From Nitrospira sp. (lineage in GTDB: Bacteria; UBA9089; CG2-30-40-21; SBAY01): 13,398 nt of DNA. Of this stretch, positions 1 through 6,015 are shown piece after piece (the stretch's first letter is position 1; every line of letters starts with the position of its first letter). The stretch covers positions 1 through 13,398 of the forward strand of contig SBAY01000326.1 in assembly GCA_005239945.1 (NCBI GenBank). Direction: 5' to 3'. The position numbers were made by a program, and so were the translations under genes. A model generated the notes under the pieces. That model was not told the origin of the DNA, ran no database searches, and saw only the letters and a program-made list of their open reading frames with translations.

Positions 1-27
1 CTGTGAACTCTGTGTCTCTGTGGCAGG

Positions 28-720
28 CTAAACACATACTAATAAGTGCCCGTTCTTCCTTAACCATCTTTTACTTTCTTGATAATCAGGGAGCATTAGC
101 CTTACTCTATCCCAAAACCGCTTTGAGTGATTTTTTTCTTTAATGTGGGCTAATTCATGAATAACCACATAATCTATAACACTTAAAGGAGCCATAATCA
201 GACGCAAAGCAAAATGGAGGTTGTTTTTGGCACTGCACGAGCCCCAACGTTTTTGGGCATTGGTTATACCGAATTTATTGTATTTGAGTCCAAATAGATT
301 GGAATGCCAATCTACTCGTTCCTTGATTTTCTGATAGGCTTGTTTTCTGTACCAATCATTAAATAGTTTTTTTGCCTCAGGAAGATATGCTCTTGATAGA
401 TAAAATTTTTTATCGAATAGAACAGGTTCGCCGAATTGTGACAAGGTATTTTCATTGACAATACAAAGATGGTAGGTATTTCCCAGGTATAAAAATTTCT
501 CTCCATGAACAAACCTTTTTGATTGAGCCTGGGCATATTTTTCTTTAACTAATTTTTGTTTCTTCTGTATCCAGAGCCGTTTCTTAAATATCAATTTTTC
601 GATATAACTTAAAGATGTTATTCTGGGGGCACGCACGATAAGTCTTGCATCAGTTGTAATCTCCAAAGACAGTGTTTTTCTTTTAGAACGGATTATCTGG
701 TCGATTTTTATGTTTGTCAT
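28..720 (-). CDS. YgjP/DUF45-family zinc-dependent hydrolase / M48-like metallopeptidase
   Basis: 230-aa ORF with an HELAH (HEXXH) zinc-binding motif near the C-terminus. The N-terminal segment IRSKRKTLSLEI resembles the RSxRRKTxxI start typical of DUF45/YgjP proteins. No Shine-Dalgarno precedes the ATG at 720. The lower-coordinate flank is outside the window. Confidence 0.7.
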   Translation of the reverse strand: MTNIKIDQIIRSKRKTLSLEITTDARLIVRAPRITSLSYIEKLIFKKRLWIQKKQKLVKEKYAQAQSKRFVHGEKFLYLGNTYHLCIVNENTLSQFGEPVLFDKKFYLSRAYLPEAKKLFNDWYRKQAYQKIKERVDWHSNLFGLKYNKFGITNAQKRWGSCSAKNNLHFALRLIMAPLSVIDYVVIHELAHIKEKNHSKRFWDRVRLMLPDYQESKRWLRKNGHLLVCV

Positions 721-871
721 TTTATTATTGAAGAGAATACTGGTAATTGGGTAAACATTCAGTCAGAACCCAAAAAATTGGGGAAAAAGCAAACCTAACG
801 ATTGGACACCTTTTCCTTTGACTGACCTAATTCCTTTAAAACTGATAGCTGACGGTTGAACGCTTACTTTA

Positions 872-2065
872 TTATCCTAACCTGTCAACAGCCTTCTGAA
901 TTCTCTCCAGCCCATTTTCTATATTTTTTAATGAGGTGGCGTAGGAGAGTCTGATATAATCTGGAGCGCCAAAGGCATCCCCAGGCACTACCGCCACCCT
1001 TGCTTCGTCAAACAGGAATTCAGTCAGGGCAAAAGAATTATTAATCGGTTTTCCATTGAATTTCAAGCCATAAACGCCGGAGGTGTTCGGGAAGGCATAA
1101 AATGCACCTTTGGGTATTCGGCAGGAAAAGCCTTTGATTTTATTTAGCCCGGCTACCATCACCTGTCGTCGCCTGTCAAATTCAGCCACCATTTGGGCAA
1201 TACAATCTTGTGGGCCTCCTAAAGCGGCTACGGCGGCTTTTTGGGAGATGGAGACGGCGTTTGATGTGGCATGCGATTGGACATTTGCCATTGCCTGAAT
1301 AATCTCCTTCGGCCCTGCCGCATAGCCAATTCGCCAGCCGGTCATCGAATATGCCTTTGAAACCCCATTAATCGTGATGGTTAAATCCTTTACTTTTTGA
1401 CTAAAACTGGCAATACTATGATGTTTTACACCGTCATAAACCAGATACTCGTAAATCTCATCGGCGATAATATGAATTCCATGCCCAACCGCAACATCCG
1501 CTAAAGCCTCCAATTCATCCCGCTCATAGACCGTTCCTGTTGGATTACATGGAGAGTTGAGGATAATTGCCTTAGTTTTAGGGGTGATTGCCTTCTGGAA
1601 TAATTCTGGGGTCAATTTAAAATCATTGGATTCCTGTGTCTGGACAATAACCGTGGTTGCCCCAGACATCTTTACCTGTTCTTCATAACTTACCCAGTAA
1701 GGAGCGGGAATAATCACCTCGTCTCCATCGTCACAAAGAACAAAGATGGCATTAAACAGGGAATGTTTGGCGCCTGAGGAAATCAGGATTTGTGACGGTT
1801 CATACTCAAGGTTATTGTCCCGTTTAAACTTTTCACACACCGCCTTTTTTAATTCTGGTATCCCTGAATCTGCGGTGTATTTAGTAAAACCCGATTCGAT
1901 AGCCGCAATAGCCGCTTCTTTGATTGGCTCGGGGGTATCGAAATCTGGCTCTCCTGCACCAAAACCAATAACATCAATCCCTTCTGCTTGCATCTGCTTA
2001 GCCTTAGCACTTATGGCCAATGTAATGGATGGAGCAATTTTACTTGCTCGCTTCGATAAAATCAT
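872..2065 (-). CDS. PLP-dependent class I (aspartate/aromatic-type) aminotransferase
   Basis: 397 aa. Carries the NSPCNPTG motif and SKAYSMTGWRIGY, which holds the PLP-binding lysine of fold-type I aminotransferases. RBS AAGGAGG lies 7 nt upstream of the ATG (minus-strand reading TTAAAAGGAGGTAATTTAATG). Confidence 0.85.
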   Translation of the reverse strand: MILSKRASKIAPSITLAISAKAKQMQAEGIDVIGFGAGEPDFDTPEPIKEAAIAAIESGFTKYTADSGIPELKKAVCEKFKRDNNLEYEPSQILISSGAKHSLFNAIFVLCDDGDEVIIPAPYWVSYEEQVKMSGATTVIVQTQESNDFKLTPELFQKAITPKTKAIILNSPCNPTGTVYERDELEALADVAVGHGIHIIADEIYEYLVYDGVKHHSIASFSQKVKDLTITINGVSKAYSMTGWRIGYAAGPKEIIQAMANVQSHATSNAVSISQKAAVAALGGPQDCIAQMVAEFDRRRQVMVAGLNKIKGFSCRIPKGAFYAFPNTSGVYGLKFNGKPINNSFALTEFLFDEARVAVVPGDAFGAPDYIRLSYATSLKNIENGLERIQKAVDRLG

Positions 2066-2085
2066 ATTAAATTACCTCCTTTTAA

Positions 2086-2121
2086 AGTCAGACAAGTCTA
2101 ACCTATCCGACTTGTCTGACT
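2086..2121 (-). other. Perfect 13-bp-stem inverted repeat (AGTCAGACAAGTC, loop TAACCTATCC, GACTTGTCTGACT) between the SPFH stop and the aminotransferase RBS; intra-operon stem-loop or weak terminator
   Basis: Read directly from the sequence. On the minus-strand transcript it sits 4 nt after the SPFH stop and is followed by only UUU before the AAGGAGG of the next gene, so full termination is unlikely. The loop sequence AACCTATCCGA recurs at 2993, at 3067 (reverse complement), and with one substitution (CCTGTCCGAC) at 7301. Confidence 0.45.
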
Positions 2122-2125
2122 AAAA

Positions 2126-2932
2126 TTATCTCTCCGGCGTAACACTGATAAACGGTATTGGGCCACTACCGGTGTATTGAGGTAGCACACCATTCCATTT
2201 TTCGATAGCCGCCATTTGAGCCTCTATCTTGCGTAATTCTATCAATTGTGGCGTAACCTGTTCTTTTTGTAATCGTAGTGCCTCTGCCTGAGCTTGAGCC
2301 TGGGCAACCTTTTGTTCTGCCTCGGTCCTGATACGCACTAAATCCCGCTGAGCCTTTAGGGCCAACTGCTCTGCCTGTTGCTTTGCCTCAATCGCCGCAT
2401 TAAATTCACCACTAAAATCAAAATCCGTAATAGATACCGCATCGACAAGCAAATAGTTTGTTTTTAAACGGGCATCCAACATTTCTTGCACTTGAGTCTT
2501 TACCTCTGTTCGTCGCTGGATAAGTTCCTCTGCGGTAAATCGTGCCATAACTGCCTTCACTGTTTCCTGGATAGCCGGGTCAATTATCCTGCTTTCAAAG
2601 TCAGGTCCTATTTCTTGCCAGAGTTTATTAACCATAACAGGATTTACTTGATAATTCAGGGTAATTTCTGTGTTGACTGTCTGCAAATCCTTACTTGCCG
2701 CACTGGCTTTAGACTCATGCTTGCGGATTTTGACATCCACTAATATCACCTTTTCCATTATAGGCACTCGCAAGTTTAACCCTTCACCCTTTATGGTCTC
2801 CTGCACCGCACCAAATCTTGTTACTACGCCGCGCTCACCAGGCCCTACAATCACAAACGGATTGAGCATCGACAAAAGCATGATAACCACAAACGCACCA
2901 ATACCCACCTTTACCAAAATTTTTGGATCCAT
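2126..2932 (-). CDS. SPFH/Band-7 (prohibitin/HflKC-like) membrane protein
   Basis: 268 aa with an N-terminal hydrophobic anchor (VKVGIGAFVVIMLLSML). The core PFVIVGPGERGVVTRFG...ITDFDFS is followed by an Ala/Gln-rich coiled-coil tail typical of prohibitin-family proteins. RBS AGGGGGTGA precedes the ATG at 2932. No NfeD partner gene is adjacent. Confidence 0.8.
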   Translation of the reverse strand: MDPKILVKVGIGAFVVIMLLSMLNPFVIVGPGERGVVTRFGAVQETIKGEGLNLRVPIMEKVILVDVKIRKHESKASAASKDLQTVNTEITLNYQVNPVMVNKLWQEIGPDFESRIIDPAIQETVKAVMARFTAEELIQRRTEVKTQVQEMLDARLKTNYLLVDAVSITDFDFSGEFNAAIEAKQQAEQLALKAQRDLVRIRTEAEQKVAQAQAQAEALRLQKEQVTPQLIELRKIEAQMAAIEKWNGVLPQYTGSGPIPFISVTPER

Positions 2933-2967
2933 TGTTTTTCACCCCCTTTTTAAATTTATAGGACTTA

Positions 2968-3095
2968 TGGGACATATAGGTCTTCCTAAGAACCTATCCG
3001 AAAAATCAACGGATGCCTCAACTTGGTTTAGGGGAAAATGCCCTGAACAAGTTCGGGTTTCCAACTTTTCGGATAGGCTCTAAGTCCTATTCTAC
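2968..3095. repeat. Two inverted copies of a small palindromic unit (ATAGG-N-CCTAT followed by CCGAAAA) bracketing a 60-bp core in the SPFH-pckG intergenic region
   Basis: Plus strand 2968-3004 reads ATAGGTCTTCCTAAGAACCTATCCGAAAAA. Minus strand 3095-3066 reads ATAGGACTTAGAGCCTATCCGAAAAG. The outer 12-bp inverted repeat is CCTATCCGAAAA (2993-3004) against TTTTCGGATAGG (3067-3078). A direct repeat AGTCCTATTCTAC occurs twice at 3082-3110, overlapping the pckG stop. Confidence 0.55.
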
Positions 3096-4870
3096 TGGAG
3101 TCCTATTCTACCGGCTAATGCCTCATATTCCTGACGCAGTTCAACCGGCAGGCGACTACCAATCGTATCCAGAAATTCACCCTGGCTTTTCACCTCCTCC
3201 TGCCATTGCGGAATATTGACACTTAAAACCGCCTCAAGCGTTTCTGGGGACAGGTCAAGACCGGTCATATCTAAGGATGCCGGTTGGGGCAGATAGCCAA
3301 TTGGGGTTTCAACTGCCTCCCTATTACCTTTGCATCGTTCGATAATCCATTCGATTACCCGCAGATTCTCACCATAACCAGGCCAGAGGAATTTATCTTT
3401 TTCATCGAGTCTAAACCAGTTAACATGAAATATTTTGGGTGGTTTCTGCATTCGTTTGCCCATTTCAAGCCAATGCCGGAAATAATCACCGATGTTGTAG
3501 CCGCAGAAAGGTAACATAGCCATTGGGTCGCGTCTGATCTCGCCAAATGTGCCAAACTGAGCCGCAGTTCGCTCTGAAGCCATAGTTGCTCCAACATAAA
3601 CCCCATGCTGCCAATTAAACGATTCATAGACCAGGGGAGCTACCTGTGCCCGCTTGCCACCAAAAATAATCGCCGTAATAGGCACACCATGATGATACTC
3701 TACCCGATTAGAAATCGTAGGACAGTTCATAATCGGCACCGTAAACCGGCTATTAGGATGTGCACCTTTGATTGGTTCACCCTTTTCATCCACCAGAGAC
3801 GGTTTCCATGGTCTTCCTTGCCAGTCAATCCCTTCTTCAGGAGCCTGTCCATCTCCTCCTTCCCACCAGACCGTCCCATCCGGTTTCAGGACAACATTGG
3901 TATAAATCGTATCCTTTTTAACCATCTCAACAGCATTGGGGTTAGTTTTGGAATTGGTGCCTGGGGCTACACCGAAGAATCCGTTTTCAGGATTGATGGC
4001 CCATAACCTGCCATCAGAGTCGATTCGCATCCAGGCAATGTCATCCCCGACAGTCCAGATACGATAGCCCTTTCTCTTTAATCCTTCGGGTGGAATAAGC
4101 ATAGCCAGATTGGTTTTCCCACAGGCACTTGGAAACGCCGCCGCAATATATTCGATATAACCGGTTGGGTCTTCTACCCCCATAATCAGCATATGCTCTG
4201 CCAGCCAGCCTTCTTGTCTGGCCATGTAACTGGCGATTCTAAGAGACAGGCATTTTTTCCCTAAAAGGGCATTACCACCGTAGCCTGAGCCAACACTCCA
4301 GATAGTATTTTCCTCTGGAAAATGTAAGATAAGCCGACGCTTGACATCTAAATCTGCCTTAGAGTGAAGGCATTTAGTAAAATCCTCATTTTCACCTAAG
4401 TGGTCAAAAACCGTTTTACCCATACGGGTCATAATCCGCATATTTAAAACAACATAGATGCTATCGGTTAATTGCACCCCAATCTTGCTGAAGGGAGAAC
4501 CGATTGGTCCCATAGAAAACGGCATGACATACATTGTCCGACCTTTCATTGAGCCATCAAAGATTGCCCCTGCTTTGGCATAGGCGTCTTCAGGTGTCAT
4601 CCAATTATTTGTTGGTCCAGCATCCTCCTGATAAGGTGTGCAGATAAAGGTTAAATCCTCTGTCCTGGCAACATCATTAATGGCTGTGCGATGAAATACA
4701 CAACCAGGCAATTTCTCCTGATTAAGTTTAATCAATTCACCGGTTTTGAATGCCTCCTCTTCTAACTGATTCTTTTCCTCAAGAGAACCATCACACCAAT
4801 GCACATGGTCTGGCTTGCATAGTTTTGCCATCTCATTAACCCATTCTAAAACTGCTTTGTTTTTTGTCAT
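3092..4870 (-). CDS. pckG: Phosphoenolpyruvate carboxykinase (GTP)
   Basis: 592 aa from the internal ATG at 4870, which has RBS AAGGAG 7 nt upstream; the track ORF extends 13 codons further with no RBS. Contains the GTP-PEPCK P-loop (kinase-1a) FPSACGKTN and the GSGYGGNALLGKK motif. The length is typical of GTP-type PEPCK. Confidence 0.9.
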   Translation of the reverse strand: MTKNKAVLEWVNEMAKLCKPDHVHWCDGSLEEKNQLEEEAFKTGELIKLNQEKLPGCVFHRTAINDVARTEDLTFICTPYQEDAGPTNNWMTPEDAYAKAGAIFDGSMKGRTMYVMPFSMGPIGSPFSKIGVQLTDSIYVVLNMRIMTRMGKTVFDHLGENEDFTKCLHSKADLDVKRRLILHFPEENTIWSVGSGYGGNALLGKKCLSLRIASYMARQEGWLAEHMLIMGVEDPTGYIEYIAAAFPSACGKTNLAMLIPPEGLKRKGYRIWTVGDDIAWMRIDSDGRLWAINPENGFFGVAPGTNSKTNPNAVEMVKKDTIYTNVVLKPDGTVWWEGGDGQAPEEGIDWQGRPWKPSLVDEKGEPIKGAHPNSRFTVPIMNCPTISNRVEYHHGVPITAIIFGGKRAQVAPLVYESFNWQHGVYVGATMASERTAAQFGTFGEIRRDPMAMLPFCGYNIGDYFRHWLEMGKRMQKPPKIFHVNWFRLDEKDKFLWPGYGENLRVIEWIIERCKGNREAVETPIGYLPQPASLDMTGLDLSPETLEAVLSVNIPQWQEEVKSQGEFLDTIGSRLPVELRQEYEALAGRIGLQ

Positions 4871-4908
4871 AATTCTTCTCCTTTTCCTTTTTTTTGTTTT
4901 CTCAACCA

Positions 4909-4937
4909 ATTATAACATATCCTTTAATAATTTGCAA
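4909..4937 (-). promoter_or_regulatory. sigma70-type promoter for pckG (minus strand: -35 TTGCAA, 17-nt spacer, -10 TATAAT)
   Basis: Minus-strand reading is TTGCAAattattaaaggatatgtTATAAT, followed about 30 nt later by the AAGGAG RBS. An A/T tract (ATAAAAAATTC) lies upstream of the -35. Confidence 0.55.
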
Positions 4938-4947
4938 GAATTTTTTA

Positions 4948-4976
4948 TTGACATACACCTTAATTAGTGATAAAAT
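4948..4976 (+). promoter_or_regulatory. sigma70-type promoter for the K+ channel-yfhO operon (-35 TTGACA, 17-nt spacer, -10 TAAAAT)
   Basis: TTGACA at 4948-4953, a 17-nt spacer, TAAAAT at 4971-4976, and an UP-like GAATTTTTTA directly upstream. The RBS AAAGGAG sits at 4996-5002 and the GTG start at 5008. This promoter is back to back with the pckG promoter, with the two -35 boxes 10 bp apart. Confidence 0.6.
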
Positions 4977-5007
4977 ACAATTATCAATTATTACAAAAGG
5001 AGTTCTT

Positions 5008-6015
5008 GTGTCTATTCAAAGAAAACTTTTGATTACCGGTCTAATCGTAGGATTTATATTTATTAGTGGGGTTAGTGGCTATGTTTTTATCGAGAAATGG
5101 TCATTTCTGGATGCAATTTATATGACCGTAATAACCTTAACCACAGTTGGTTTTGGAGAGGTTAATAAGTTATCTACCCATGGACGAATATTTACTATGG
5201 GATTACTTGTTTGTGGTATGGGAGTGCTTTTTTATGGCTTATCAATGGTAACAGCATTTATTATTGAAGGAGAATTTAAAAATATTTTAGGGAGAAGAAA
5301 GATGGAAAAAGAGATAAGTAAATTAAAAAATCATATTATTTTATGTGGAGTAGGCAAAACAGGGAAGCATATTATGCTGGAGTTTGTAAAGACAAAAATA
5401 CCTTTTGTAGTCATCGAACAAAATAATAGTCGAATAAGTCAAATGCAAAAATTGGCTGCATTTCTTTATTTAGAAGGAGACTCAACCACATCTGAACTAT
5501 TAATTAAAGCAGGAATTGAAAGGGCAAAAGGATTAATCACGACACTGCCGGTAGACAAAGATAACCTATTTGTAATTCTCACGGCAAGGGAGATTAATCC
5601 AAATCTAAAGATAATTAGTAGAGCCATAGAAGAGGAATCGATACATAAACTTTCTAAGGTAGGGGCTGATGTCGTCATTTCACCTAATGCCATCGGCGGT
5701 TTGAGAATGGCCTCGGAGATGATTAGACCTACGGTAGTCTCCTTCCTCGATATAATGATGCGAGACCCACAGCATACCATGAGAATGGAGGAGGTCTGTG
5801 TTCCTCCTAACTCAAGGCTTATTGGTCAATCAATAAAACAAGGTGCCATTCAGGAAAAGACAGGTCTTCTGGTAATTGCCTTGAAAAGGGCAGATGGCTC
5901 ATATCTATTCAATCCCCCTTCCAGTACGCAGATTAATGAACGGGATGTGTTGATAGTTTGCGGCAAAAAGGAACAGGTTGAAAAGATAAAAGAGGTTGTA
6001 GGAGAAAAGAGTTAG
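5008..6015 (+). CDS. 2TM potassium channel with C-terminal RCK (TrkA-N/TrkA-C) domain, MthK-like
   Basis: Two TM helices flank a pore helix and the selectivity filter TLTTVGFGE (TVGFGE in place of the canonical TVGYGD). These are followed by a Rossmann GxGxxG motif (LCGVGKTGKHIM) and a TrkA-C-like tail. The GTG start at 5008 has a well-spaced RBS. The track ORF start at 4894 would run through the promoter. Confidence 0.8.
   Translation: MSIQRKLLITGLIVGFIFISGVSGYVFIEKWSFLDAIYMTVITLTTVGFGEVNKLSTHGRIFTMGLLVCGMGVLFYGLSMVTAFIIEGEFKNILGRRKMEKEISKLKNHIILCGVGKTGKHIMLEFVKTKIPFVVIEQNNSRISQMQKLAAFLYLEGDSTTSELLIKAGIERAKGLITTLPVDKDNLFVILTAREINPNLKIISRAIEEESIHKLSKVGADVVISPNAIGGLRMASEMIRPTVVSFLDIMMRDPQHTMRMEEVCVPPNSRLIGQSIKQGAIQEKTGLLVIALKRADGSYLFNPPSSTQINERDVLIVCGKKEQVEKIKEVVGEKS

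Noticed and set aside
312-536. 74-aa minus-strand ORF inside the YgjP-like gene in another frame
   Set aside because: It is fully nested within a well-supported CDS. It has no RBS or motif and is low-complexity, so it looks like a spurious overlapping frame.
1110-2123. Plus-strand ORFs 1110..1298 and 1746..2123, antisense to the aminotransferase gene
   Set aside because: They are antisense shadows of a strongly supported gene. The C-terminal KSDKSNLSDLSD of 1746..2123 is simply the intergenic hairpin repeat read through.
2486-3219. Plus-strand ORFs 2486..2743, 2670..3083 and 3013..3219
   Set aside because: They are antisense to the SPFH gene and the pckG 3' end, or run through the repeat-filled spacer. 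They have no RBS and a Cys/Ser-rich, low-complexity composition.
3284-4006. ORFs 3284..3514 (+), 3355..3627 (-) and 3605..4006 (+) inside pckG
   Set aside because: They are nested in or antisense to the PEPCK gene, which has unmistakable family motifs. They are artefacts of the open frame.
4871-4909. 13-codon N-terminal extension of the pckG ORF (MVEKTKKRKRRRI)
   Set aside because: The internal ATG at 4870 has a well-placed AAGGAG RBS. The extension lacks one and would begin inside the mapped promoter's transcription-start region.
4894-5007. 38-codon N-terminal extension of the K+ channel ORF
   Set aside because: It would be translated from the promoter's own -35/-10 region. The GTG at 5008 has an RBS and gives a canonical channel N-terminus.
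5466-5780. 104-aa minus-strand ORF inside the K+ channel gene
   Set aside because: It is an antisense shadow of that gene.
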